Shown here: one piece after another, positions 14,101 through 26,760 of the stretch
Layout of the letters: every line of letters starts with the position of its first letter
Numbering within the stretch: the first letter of the stretch is position 1
Origin: Azolla caroliniana
Taxonomy: Eukaryota > Plantae > Polypodiophyta
Assembly (NCBI GenBank): GCA_043228905.1
Contig: JBHGNT010000009.1
Coordinates: 806,001 to 870,000 of the forward strand
Direction: 5' to 3'
Length of the DNA: 64,000 bases
Notes under the pieces: model-generated
What the model saw: only the letters and a program-made list of their open reading frames with translations
Told to the model about the DNA's origin: nothing
Database searches by the model: none
Made by a program: the position numbers and the translations under genes

Positions 14101-14648
14101 ATTTGTTCATACACGTCTGGACTCAGTATACTAGACCTAGGGTTTTTGGATAGATAATGCTAGCTATGGCAATAACTCCTAGGTCCAGTCCAGTATCCAG
14201 ACTCTACATCAACTAAGCTATGGATATGCAAATGGGCCTATGGACATCCAAATCAAGATTGTGTGATAATTCCACATTATCTTGCATAAATCAACAGATG
14301 ACATGATCTATTCAGACTCATGTTGATTGTGGTTATCAGGGTGTAGCAAGAAAGCTTATAAAAGCTGCCTTACGAGAGGCAGCCAAGAAGCGAGAGGTAA
14401 GGTATGCGGATCTGAAGAAGATCCAGAGGGGGGTTCGGCGCCACTTCCATGATGATATCACAGTAATTGTTGTGTTTGTGGATCAAGAGCTCATGAGGAG
14501 AAGTATGGGCACAGGTACAATAATGCCTCTTAGTATGATGGATGGACACACCATTGCTAAGGGACAACATGCTCTCGACGGCTGGGATAGAAATGACAAT
14601 CATGACATCTTAGAGTCGAGAAGTAACTGGAACTTTGCATTGAACTAA
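11199..14648 (+). CDS. Protein phosphatase 2C, clade D-like (397 aa as reconstructed)
   Basis: Exons 11199-11478, 12443-12810, 13509-13745, 14340-14648; all GT-AG, total 1194 nt in frame. Motifs [71 protein letters not shown] are typical of PP2C.D. Confidence 0.95.
11680..12430. repeat. Decayed ~34-bp minisatellite filling PP2C intron 1
   Basis: Recurring variants of aatttcattcatgttgagatgaaatgttgctca, with cores near 11688, 11723, 11757, 11787, 11841, 11875, 11909 and onward to ~12420. Confidence 0.7.
14046..14239. mobile_element. Fold-back MITE-like element (Tourist/PIF-like termini) in PP2C intron 3
   Basis: 14-bp terminal inverted repeat aggcccatttgcat / atgcaaatgggcct, plus inner inverted arms gtctgga..actagacctagg / cctaggtccagt..tccagac. 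No clean TSD. Confidence 0.6.
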
Positions 14649-16531
14649 GCTAGAGGAACAATGAAGAGGGTTAATGAAGAAGAGAAAAGGATGGACACAA
14701 GTATCAGTCCAGCTTTTGTGATCTTTTGATATAGAAAAGAAACACATTAAAAGAAAGAGCCTTAGGCTTAGAAGAGAGATTTTACATACTCCATGCATGC
14801 TACCAAGTCTTATATTCAGATGGACAGCATGTGTAGGCAGATAATTTACAAACGATGGAAAGAGCAAGGGTGGGACCAGAGTTTGCAATGTGGCTTTAGT
14901 ATAAAAACTAACAGAGTCTCCTGCCTGAAAGCACAAATAAAATCATTCCTTATTTTCTGTATCATGTACTATTTTTGTTTTACATATTTTTGGATACGTT
15001 GGCCTTGTATACAAACAAGCTTTTCTTGATGATGCGATATGTTAAAAAAACAAAGCATAACTAGCAGGAAACAGTAACCCCATCATTGGAGTTGATACGG
15101 TATCACATATGTGTATATAACCTATCATGTAGGCATTATTATTAATTTTGTTTTCTGCAGAGGTGTATGGCGTAAAATGGTCCTTTAGGATTCCAATTGA
15201 AATGCCAATCCTTTCCTTTATTTTGATATCTAAAATTTAAAAGCTGATATTTTTATACTTGAGGTTATGATTACAATGTTAAAATGTTGGTTCTTTTGAT
15301 ACATTGTAGTCGGGTTTGACTCAGAAAAGAAAGGTGTACAATGCCACAATAGTGTTTCACATTGCTGCATTCACTAATTATGGCATTTGTGTTCATACAG
15401 AAGATTAACTAAAGTCAGCGAGGAGCAAATGTACTAGTAAGATATTGCATTTGAAAGAAAATTTATTCTTGTGTTGTAGTAGTGATGCTAGTGGACAACA
15501 TGATAGGTGGATTATGAGTATGATGCGTTGACACTACTTTCTGCTATGTATGTAAGACATCTGACATCTCCTTCATCAACACCATCTAGTACCTTTACCC
15601 AATGCTAATATGGGCAAATCCCCAATTTAATTAGCACACTAATTATTGCAATACAACCTTCTCATGCGCTTCCAACCACCAATATAACTTATGTAAATCT
15701 TGTGTACCTAGCTAATTATTGCTACGTCAATGATCTGATGTGATTGCATATAAGCATTACTTTTTCCTAATGATGTCTGAAGTATGTTTCATTAGTGTGG
15801 AATTTCAAGAATACTCCCATAATGTCATCTGATGTGTTTTGGGCCATGAATGTATCTAATTGGGGAGATCTCTTGGGGTCGATCCTAATGATTTGTGATG
15901 GTTGGTGCAACAATGAGGGCTATTAGGTCTTGAGGTCTGTATCACCCACATGTTACTTTCCTATTCTTGCTTCATAGGTATTTGCACCAAAAGCTTGATA
16001 TAAATATCTAGGCAATAACACTTGAACTTAAATGAGGAAAGCTTAATTATCCAAACATTGTGAAATGGCCTTATCACCTATAACTTTGTAAGAGAAGTAT
16101 GACTTGCTTGTAGTTCTCTTCATGATCAATTGTAGTGATCATGATGTTTCGAAGCGGATTGAAGTGCTATAATAAGCCATTGAGGCATACTTTCACTGTC
16201 TTTCTTGCCAACCCTCATGTCAACGGAGGCAAGAGAATCACACATCAAACAAATTTATCTTGTCTAGAAATTGATAGCCATACCTTGTTGTGGCATGTCA
16301 TTCATATCTTGTTGAAGTGAAGCTTGTGTGTGAAGCTTGTTGAAGTGAAGCTTGTACGTAACCAAACATGTGGTCATGAATACTTGATGCTAGTAGTACA
16401 TAACATCACTAGCCCCTTGTTATCTAGTGTAGCAAGTTTGGCACTTTATGAAGCATATTCTTCACATTGTGTCAACGTAGCCTCAATATCATTGCTTGAG
16501 AAGGAAGTTTTTCATTTTACACTTCAAACAT

Positions 16532-16717
16532 GTGAACTTGGTTCCATCACGCTTCTCACTAGAGAGAGCTTTCCATTTTACCATTATTTTTTGGTTGTTA
16601 TTTCATCTTCTCTTTGTCACTTCAAACTTGTGAACTTGGTTCCATCATGCTTCTCACTAGAGAGAGCTTTCCATTTTACCATTTATTTTTTGGTTGTTAT
16701 TTCATCTTCTCTTTGTC
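16532..16717. repeat. Two-copy direct tandem duplication (~99-bp period) in TE-like DNA
   Basis: gtgaacttggttccatca..ctcactagagagagctttccattttacc..ggttgttatttcatcttctctttgtc occurs at ~16532 and ~16630. Confidence 0.85.
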
Positions 16718-17845
16718 TTCAATGTTCAAAACACATGAAATGTAGTGGAGCTCTTCCATGCATGTGCAATGTAATCACACTACAATATGATAATCGAGCT
16801 TGTGGACACATGTGAGTCAATTCTTCTTGAATGATGGTGTTAACTTTTATGACTCTTCTCAAGTCTTGTTTTTTGCCCATGTATGCTTATAGTCTTGCTC
16901 ACTCTTGTACCAAATCAATTCATTAGTAGAAAGTGGGTTTTCTCATTCTTATTGTGAGATTATGACATTTCTTAAGTAATTAAGAGTGTAATAGTTGAGT
17001 GAATACATTCCTTAATATCTTAACCTTGTTTCCGAAAGTAAGGTAGATTTGCTTAACGCAAGCATAGTAGTTTGAAGCTTAGAGAAAAGTATGGGAATCT
17101 CCTCCACCTCTCTCACCTACAAGAGGGTCGATAAGATCTAGAATAGAACTTCAACAAGAAGCAACTCCAACGATATTTGTAAAGATGAGCCCTTGGAAGA
17201 ATGTCTCTTAGAGCTCCCTTAGTCTTTTTGGGGCCATTATGGGGAATCATAACAAGCATTCAAGCCTATAAGATAACAACAAACTTCTCAATTTGTCCCA
17301 AATCGTTTGCAAAAGTATTTAAACAATATCCTTCAAAAGCTCAAGCTTAATCCTTGGATTGATGACAAAGTTGCAAGAACCTCATCGATAAGTGAAAATA
17401 TGGGTCGAACACAAAAACAATTATGGGCGACTTATGATTTTACATGAGACCTAGCTTTCTCCAAGGAAAAGGAGATGGAAACTGAAATTTAGGGTAAAAA
17501 ATATAGAGTCCATGGAAATCCTACACTAGGTCATCTTGACGTAGAGATTAAGGCCTTGGAGAAAGAAATAGACATATAACTATACCAATCACACAATGCC
17601 CTTGAATAAGAAGAGTTGCTCCAAGAAATGAAAAGAACACTCCATGAGCGTGAAGATTTAAGGATATATTTGATTAGCGAACCGATATTTCTAGAGACCT
17701 CTTAACTATGTTGGAGAAAAACATGACCAATACCTTAGACGAAGTTTTATAAGGAAAACGGTAGCTCACAAATGTTGATAAAGCCTCATGCAGTAACTTC
17801 ACCTATTATCACTTATTAAACATTGATTCCCAACAATGATCTAAG

Positions 17846-18607
17846 AACACTCTAGTACTTTAGTGGAATAGAAGCCTATTAGGGTGGTTGCAAAAATAGG
17901 GAAGGTATGTATTATTGATCCCCATCCTGAAAAAGTAAACTCTTTCTGGGATATTTGGGTTTGTGATAGTAAGCCCTTATTGGAGTTAGAGTGGGATCCG
18001 ACGGAATGGTGGTGGAGAGATGCTAATGGTAAGATGATTTCTTTCTTTGACTACTCTGTAAAATTAGGTAGGGAATTCCAACGAAGAAGGAATCCAGTTA
18101 ATATGCCCACTGCAGCTAAGGTATGGTTAAATAATAATATTCCTATGCATTCAATATTGGCATTTTGGAAATGGTTGTGGGCTCTATAGATTCCTTGCAA
18201 AATCATTACATTTAGATGGTTATGTGTCCACTATGCACTTCCAATATTGGAATGGATGCATAGGGAAGAGGGAACCAAAACTTGCCCTTTTTGTGGGCTT
18301 CACTTGGAATCAATACAACATGCCTTATGGAACTGTATGGCCGTATGTTCTGTTTGGAAACGTATGTTGCGCCTCATTGATGTTGCTTATGGACCTAATG
18401 TTATTAGATGGGGAAATGTCTTTTGGATGGACGTAAATGTGGATAAGCATAATTATGAAACGGAAAAGATACTATTTGCCCTTCAAACTAGGGGAAGGCA
18501 AGTTAAGGACACACCATACTCAACCTCAAATTGGTTGAATGTGGATGCCACAGTATGGGCTATGGTGTACTTTATTTTTATTTTTATTTTTTTAAACACT
18601 CTAGTAC
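17846..18607 (+). mobile_element. Truncated LINE fragment (zf-RVT C-terminal zinc-binding region) flanked by a 13-bp target-site duplication
   Basis: Translation IPCKIITFRWL..LP..W..CPFCGLHLESIQHALWNC (CxxC..ES..H...C). Identical aacactctagtac at 17846-17858 and 18595-18607. Confidence 0.85.
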
Positions 18608-18609
18608 AC

Positions 18610-19600
18610 AAAGGTACTAGTCTCTGTAATGGAAAGAGGACAATGAACTGTAGTAGAATCGATACGTCACCCTACTAATGATAGTGACAACTTTGCCCAA
18701 ATCAACAAACTAGTTCAAAACATTTTGGGATATGGGGATGCCTATGATAGAATGTATCAAGCAAATAATTTAGGTTTATGTATGTGCATCATAGTCTTTG
18801 GGTTAACCTTAGATGGCCAAGCCAAACTTTGGTTTCAGACTCCTGTTGACTAAATATGATTTCACGAAGGTAAAGGAGGAGTTCTTCAACAACTTTGTAA
18901 CAAAAACATTAATAGGTAATGTAACAATTGAGCAATCACCTTTCCATTAAACAAGACAACTAGATCTTCAAAAGAAAATGCAAAAGATCTTATAGCTTGG
19001 TTCTAGATAGAAGTTCAAGTCAAGGTTACAATTGGGAAAACCTAGTCCAAGATTGTGGTGAGAAAAAGATAGACCTAAACTTACAATCATACCTAGTAAC
19101 TTGCATTGACTCCTAATGGAGATTCGATGGGGAACTATTTTTAGGAGAAAAGATAATAAGAACTACCATATGTAATTCCACTCTCAAAAAATGTATGAAT
19201 AAGATAAGAATCCTTTGATGATAAAGCAGTCAATTCATTAGTAATGAGTTTGAAGTAGGATTGTTGGTTTATGACACTACAACCAATTGGGAATTCAACC
19301 ATGACAAGAAGTGGCGTGCCAAACCCAACTCCAAAATTCTTATTGCCATTAGCATCTCCTCAAACAAAAATTGGGTCCACAAACTCACCCTTATAGATGG
19401 TATGTAGATCACTTAGGCACTAAGTGTTGTGATGAGGATGGGTTGACCTTGTCATTGCTTACCACTAGCATACAACCTGGTGAAAAGATTGGGGATAATC
19501 ATATGAAGATATAGCCAAATGTTCCTCATTAGGCAAGTCAAGGGTACCAACACATCGGTCTTGTCCTAAACACAATCAAGAGGTATATATTCTAAACAAA
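18610..19600 (+). mobile_element. Highly decayed Ty3/gypsy-like gag remnant; likely extends to the left of the LINE insertion
   Basis: LTLDGQAKLWFQT (~18803-18841) followed by FTKVKEEFFNNF matches the retrotransposon gag L.G.A..W...W..LK..F pattern. The rest is full of stops. Boundaries are approximate. Confidence 0.5.
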
Positions 19601-21659
19601 TCAGAAGAGGTTTAACACTATCCAAGCAAGTTTGAAGACTAGAGGCCTATTTAGATCCATAAAGAAAGTCCAATGTAGATGGCCTATTTAGGGCTAACAT
19701 CAACTCTAAAAAATATCACAAGACAATTGTTACATTACCATATCCATGGGAATCAATAGTTGGCCTCACCCTACATTTCCATAAACACTAAGAGAGTCCA
19801 AGCATAAAACTTGATCGTAGCTCAGAAAAAACAACAAAAATAAGCAAGGGAGGAGTTACTCAAATGGATACAAAAAGTATATAAGTCCAAAACAGCTAGT
19901 CATCCTAACATGGTAGGAGGCCTTACATTGAGAACAACAAGAAAATTGATCAAATTATGGAATTGAAGCCAATGGATTAAAAAAAAACGTCGATGCTATT
20001 TTGCATGCGAAGAAAAGTGTCACAATGCTTAAGTGTAGCGTGACTACCCAACCATATTATAATCCTTTGTAGGATTTAATTATGAAATCGAACCACACCA
20101 CACGATAAAGGAAAGGCCAAACAAACAAATACTCCCAGCCAAGATAAGTTCTTCATTTAGAGAATGACCTATGACCTATGAAACACAAGGCCATGAACAA
20201 CTAGCAATATGGAAACTTCCTAAAAGTCTCACAAAAGCTCGAAGATGGCTCAAAGACAGAAGAACTCTTGAACTTATATCTCAAAATATGCATGAGAAGA
20301 GATGTTTCTTGGTAATGATCAACATGGATTGAAATTCATGAAGTCAAGCCTATATACTTAGCATAGGATGTACTTTGATTGTCTACACACTCGTTCTTGG
20401 CATGATCACTCACACTACCAAAGTCCCTAATGCAACAACGCAATTTTTGTACCAAGACTCGAGTATAATTAACACAATTTATGTACCAACACCCAAGCTC
20501 ACTAATATAGAGGTCAAACCTTGAGATAGGCCCATGAGGAATTCACATTAACCTAATTTGATGCTTCCCTAATGAACATATCGTCTATTATTTAGCCTTG
20601 GGTTCAAGAAATGCTTGGTCCAAGATAGGAAGTGTGACTTTATCATGTTTATCCATGCACAAGATATAAAATATTTGAGAAAAGAGGTGACTACATATTA
20701 ATACCATAATTTCTCATTGACGAAAAAAAAACCTAATCTAAACTCATGTCAAAATAGGATGCAATGTATGTGAGTTTTTTCAAACCAACCTCTCATGAAT
20801 TCTATTTCTCGGTAAATGATGCACAACAAGTGCTTCCTTCCCCATTGATGTTCTAGCCTATATATTAATATGCAAGTCATATCTATTTTGCAAAGGTGGA
20901 TGGAAACGAGGAATAGTATATCCATGTAAAAGAATGATTGTAATCTAGGCCATACATTCCAAGAGCAAGTCTTGCATATGTGAAGTTAGTAGAACTTTAA
21001 AATAAAATCACATTCTCGCAATCACAAATCTTGAAAGAATTTAATCGGTTGATTGCTTTTGCGTTAGCAAGTAAATTATTCATGAGGTATTGTGCTTCAA
21101 GAAATACTAGGATAATCAAACTTGCAAAGATGAAAAGGAACAACCAACCCTTCATAATCAATCTCCTTGAATGTGCAAGCTTATGAAAACAAAGCCATAA
21201 ATGCAGATGAGGTCATCGCAGATATTTATTCCAATACATGCTTCTTTTTTGTATAGCTTTATATTTTCTATCTTTTTAACGAAAGGTGTTTGTAGTATAA
21301 GAATGTGAAAAAGGGCACATTTAATACTTCAAGTTACAATACGAAACATTTGAAGTGGAACACTCTCTTAAATAATTATATATGAAGTGCAAGTGTGACC
21401 ATCAATGGAGAACCCTGGATCATATGTACATGTAATACGTATTACATAGAAGCTAGAATCAATCTAGTAATGACTAGGAGAGTGAGTGGGATATCTAAAA
21501 TATCAAATTCATTAAATGTAAACACATCTCTAATTCATTAAGTCAATAGTCGTATTTAGCACATGAGTGCTCTATGGAGTGTGGCTGATCTTGGTATCTT
21601 GACATTATAATCACAAAAGCGAGAAAAAAGGCACAAGAGAGTGTTTCCAATCGCAATAT

Positions 21660-22723
21660 CATCTACACACGTAGAGTATTACTTCAACTTGAAGGGTTTA
21701 GAGTTGTTGATTGGGCAAGAAATGCATCCGAGAAGAGATCCTCATTAGGGTTTATGTTTTCACTCGACGGTAAAGGGACCTCTTAGGGTAGCAAGAAGCA
21801 GTTGATAGTTCCTTTGTTGAACTCTAAGGCCGGGTATAAGGGCACAATCGTAGTTGTATGGGAAGTTATGTATGCTTAAAAGAGTACTCAAAGATTTCAA
21901 AGCATTGGTTGATGAGTTGATTGTGATTTACTACGACAATCTCAACTTGCAAAGAATCCAGTGTTTCATGCTTGGACCAAGTATATTGGGATGGATTACC
22001 ACTATATCTTTGAGTGGAATTAGCGGAAGACATCAATCTCCAACACATCGGTATCAACGAGCAAGTGGCCAGTATTTTCACAAAGACGTTGGGTATGGAC
22101 AAGCTATGCCAATGTGGTGGCTATAGGACTTATAAGACCAGTCAATATGTTGAGCTTGAGGGGGCGTACAAGTACAAGGATAAGTACAAGAACATGTACA
22201 ACGAGGAGCATCGAGACCAAGACCAAGGACCAAACAAAGAAGCAAGGGAACGGAGAAGAAAGGTGAGAAGTGTAAGCCCAACTCAAGGAGATCTAGGGTA
22301 AGCTCGACATAAGCCCAACATTTAACAATAATACAAGTTCCCATGATGAAAAGACTCGTGTCTAGGGTAACCCCAAGACAGATTGAACACTTAATTGAAC
22401 ACAGTCAACCTTGAGGGGGTATGTTGAGAATCAAGCTCAATTTATGTGAACACATGCTTATGAAGAAAAACACGATCTATGAAAAAGTGTGTAACACAAT
22501 TTTTCCGTAATCCATCTGAACTATCTAGTTACATAAAGAACTAGGTTGTGACATCTAGTTAGTTGCCCATTCTTCTCTCATTGATGTGTTTTTTCGTTGA
22601 TCAATATAGTTTTCTCTTTTATATAATCATCCTCATGTGTAAATTTAATCTTTGGTTGTTTTTTCTAGTTCCTTCTCTTGCTCATACATGCACAACATTT
22701 CACCGAGTCTACGAGAGACAACA
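21660..22723 (+). mobile_element. Ty1/copia remnant: RNase H end, polypurine tract and probable 3' LTR
   Basis: DWARNASEKRSSLGFMFSL..GSKKQLIVPL and INEQVASIFTKTL resemble copia DWAG..RRSTSG..SKKQ..VAL and Q.ADIFTK.L. PPT ttgaggggg at 22411 is followed by TGTTG (22422), with caaca at ~22719-22723. Confidence 0.8.
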
Positions 22724-23280
22724 TTTTCTCGAATAGATAGTGAGCCCATCATGTTGTCTTATTGAATAAATAAATATATTGAAATCTCCTAGAAGTTTAT
22801 GAGGAAGTTTCGGCTTAGACACAAAGTTAGGAGAAGAGCTTTAACTTCCTTTTTTTGTGCTCCCAAAAGTAGAAATTGATATATGTTGATATGGTTCCCT
22901 TATTAATTGTTTTTGTCATTATTAAGATGTTCCCATCTTTAAAAGAATCAATGCTAGTTTTTTGGAATCGATATCATTCATCACTACCTCAAAATTCCTG
23001 CACTTGACGTTGAAACTTTTTGTTTTATTTTAAATATGGTACCATAATGCTCACCCACTAATCTGATGATTTCGAGTTTTCAACAATACAAATATTTTCC
23101 TCAAATATCCTTGGTCATGACTCATGATGTAGGTAAAAGTTACGCATACATGTGCATTACGCTAGAACCACTAGGTTGACCTTATGAGGACATATTGGAG
23201 GATGAGTCACATATATAGCAAAGTAGAATCCTATATTAGAAGACTGTTTTACATGTCTCTTAGAGAGCTAAGTTTCAAAT

Positions 23281-23760
23281 TATGGAGCACACTCTAGCAA
23301 AATTAAAGTCTACATGGAAAACACACGTGTACCACAACGTCAAGATGTGAACAAATTAGGAAAGAAAAAAATATTACAAGATGGCTTAGCCTTGCAACCT
23401 AGACTTAGGAAGGAGAGCCTAAAACAAATAGTTAGCGATTACGGATCACACTCTAGCAAAATTAAAGTCTACATGGAAAACACACGTGTACCACAACGTC
23501 AAGATGTGAACGAATTAGGAAAGAAAAAAATATTACAAGATGGCTTAGCCTTGCAACCTAGACTTAGGAAGGAGAGCCTAAAACAAATAGTTAGCAATTA
23601 CGGAGCACACTCTAGCAAAATTAAAGTCTACATGAAAAACACACGTGTACCACAACGTCAAGATGTGAATGAATTAGGAAAGAAAAAAATATTACAAGGT
23701 GGCTTAGCCTTGCAACCTAGACTTAGGAAGGAGAGCCTAAAACAAATACTTAGCGATTAG
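23281..23760. repeat. Three near-identical tandem copies of a 159-bp unit
   Basis: The unit recurs at 23314/23473/23632. The ORF-track peptide repeats every 53 aa. Confidence 0.95.
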
Positions 23761-24558
23761 GAAGGAGATTAAGAAGAGGCTAAGCTCAGGTAAGATACTC
23801 TACCATTTAAGACCAAAGAATAATGCTCATCCAAGTCTCAACCTCTACTTAGTACTTATCATCATTCTATACAAGAGGCATTTAATGTAGACTTGGAAGG
23901 GGTCAATGGGTTTTAGATATCTATTACTACCACTCCCTTGTTACTCACTTGCTCATAGATTTTACTTCATTGTTATTTACTTCATACTCCATCGTTTGTG
24001 GTTGCCTATTGCTAGAATGAGGCTATAAGCTAAAGAGCATGGTGAATGGCATTATCATTCTGGCATTTACAAAGTTTCATAGCCTCAAGGTACTTGATCT
24101 TTGTCTAGGACCATGGTGACCGACTCCTTTAGCCTAAACCACTGACTAAAGAAATATATTAAGCTGCAAGCTACACTTAACAAGTGGCATGTTCTTGTCT
24201 ATTCCAACAAACCCAGATCAAATGTTTTCGGCGAAAAACACTTTCTTTCAAAACATCATGATGCTTATTTCGTACTGAATATAGATAACCCCAAATAATG
24301 ACGGAATGTTGTCCCATTGCATGTCTTTCATCACCATGCAAATAATGATGGCTCGATGTTTTCTAACAAATGAACGTAGGGATAAAAACATATGGGCCTT
24401 CTTTATAACAAATGAATGTACGGGTATACACATACATTAAAGAAATAAAATTATACATACTCACTCACATGCATGTGTGTGTGTGTGTCCACTTTAACTC
24501 ACTACATGTCTTTCCATCCTTGAAAATATGTTTGGCGGCATTTTTTCGCTATACTTAC

Positions 24559-26760
24559 CTAATCCAATTGCAAAGCTTGATCATAACAATCTTTTCCCAA
24601 CTCCATATTGCAATGAACCTTGCAAGAGGTTAGCAAGGCTCTCCACCCAGTGAGACTTTGATCAATGGGCATAGTTTGTAGAAACCTTTCTGCCTCCTCT
24701 AACTGTCCCACTCGACTGAAAAGATCAACAATGCAATTTAGATGCTCAGATACAGGCATAACACCATGAACTTTAATCATACCCTCAAAATGTTCACATC
24801 CTTGTTCAACCATGCCTACATGACTACAAGCTGCAAGAATGCTACTAAAAGTCCTCCTGTTTGGTTTCAACCCTTCTTTTTGCATTTCCTTCAGATAGTG
24901 ATTCAACGCTATAAGATTACCATTGCAAGAATAACCTGATATTAATGCATTCCATGACTCCACATTATGGAATAAAGGCTGTTTGAGCAAGTTGCATGCA
25001 TCTCCGAAGCTCTCACATTTGACATACATGTCCATAAGACTGATACAAACCACCCCATCAAAACCTAAAGCCATCTTAATCATCAGTTCATGTATCAATC
25101 TTCCCTTTTGCAATGCTCCTATCATGCCACACACTTTCAGAATGGTTGAAAATGTAACATTGTCAGGCTCAACTCCCTCTTTTCTCATTTTTTCGAAGAG
25201 TTCTAACGCAAGACGACCATTTTCGTGTTCGGCAAACCCTGCTAGAGTTGCATTCCATGATATAGTATCCCTAAAAGGGAGCTCATTGAACACTTCCAAA
25301 CACTCCTTTGTGCCACCACATTTGGAATACATATCAATAAGTGTATTCTTAACCACTAAATCTATGTCGATGCCACTTCTTTGCATTTCTTTATGCATTG
25401 AAATGCCCACCCCCAGGTCTCCTATGCTACCACATGCTTTTAATACACTTGAGTAAGTAACTTTATTCGGTTTCAAAAATTCTACTTGCATTTTCTCAAA
25501 AAGTTTGATAGCATGAAAAGCATTCCCATGCTGGACATGGCCAGCTATGATAGAATTCCAAGAAACCAAATCCTTCTTGGTTGCATCATTAAACACTTTG
25601 TTTCCATGCATAATATCTCCACACTTCAGATACATGTCAATCAATGCATTAACCACGACCACATCGGATTGATCCCCAATTTGGACAATCTGATCATGGA
25701 TTATCATACCTCTCCTTGCATCTCCTATCATGCCACACGCTTTCAATACAGATGAGAGCAAAAAAATATCTGGTTCAATGCTACCTTCTTTCTGCATCTT
25801 CTGATAAAGATGAATTGCATAGTATCCATTTCTATTTTGAACATAGCCTGATATGGTAACCCCCCATGTAATCACGTCTCGCTTCAGCAAGTTATCAAAC
25901 AATTTATGGCCATCTTCCAGACTACCACATTTCATATACATGTTGATAAGAGTATTCCCAAGCACAATATCACATTCCAGACCATTTTCGATCAAGTTTT
26001 CATGTATCAATCTACATTCTTTCATAGAACCAACACAAATACATGCTCTCAAGGTTGCTAGAAGTGTGTACTTATCAGGCTTGATGCCTCCATTTTGCAT
26101 CATGAAATATAACTGCATGGCATACTTGCTATTACCAAGCTTAGAATTTGCAGAAATAACCGAATTCCATGTATATATACTCGGATTTTGTACATTCCAA
26201 AACACCTCATTTGCTTGTACGAAGTTACCACAATGTGCAAAAGAGCGAATTAAGTGGTCAGCCCAGAAGGTATCAGAAGCTAATAAGCCTTGATTCAACA
26301 TAAGCGAGTGGATTTCTCTACATGATTCCAAGTCTTTCTTCTTTGCGCAAGTCTTCAAGAGGAAAAGAGCATACTCTGTAGGAATAGTTTTCCCATTATG
26401 CAGATAATGCAAGTTAGCTGCAACGAGAGCATCACGTATCTTCCCTTCTGCACGCAGTTTGAAGACCTTTGAAGCTTCAGATCTACTACATCCATGGACC
26501 ATGCAAAGAAAGGAAAAGGTCTCTAAAACTCTTGCCTTTCAAACTGAGGGAAAGCTCAATAAACCCTCTGAGCTTAGCACACTCCTCTGTTACTCTTTGC
26601 TTTACTCTGTTCCTTAAATTGGCCAATCTGGATATTTTACGAGAATACATTTAGATTTTTACAAATTTGCTTACCCTACCACTGACCAGCATGTGACACA
26701 TTCAGGAAAAAATGGAAGAAGTACCGTACTTGACAAGCCTTTTTTCAGAAGATCATACAT
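24559..26760 (-). CDS. PLS-class pentatricopeptide repeat protein with E1 but no E2/DYW (~670 aa)
   Basis: ORF 24559-26502 has five P motifs (YTWNSVIS, ITWGVTIS, VSWNSIIA, ISWNATLA, ESWNALIS) with L/S motifs, then ACSHVGMV, S2 HLNCIVDLFSRVG and E1 WRALLTSCKVH. An inferred 5' exon 26760-26675 (MYDLLKKGLSSTVLLP..; donor GG|GTAAGC) joins in frame at 26485 or 26482. Confidence 0.92.

Noticed and set aside
15800-16900. Possible minus-strand copia gag relic (VKVCLNGL..HFNPLR)
   Set aside because: Only one weak motif, too little to call.
24742-26293. Plus-strand ORFs up to 157 aa
   Set aside because: Antisense shadows of the PPR coding sequence.
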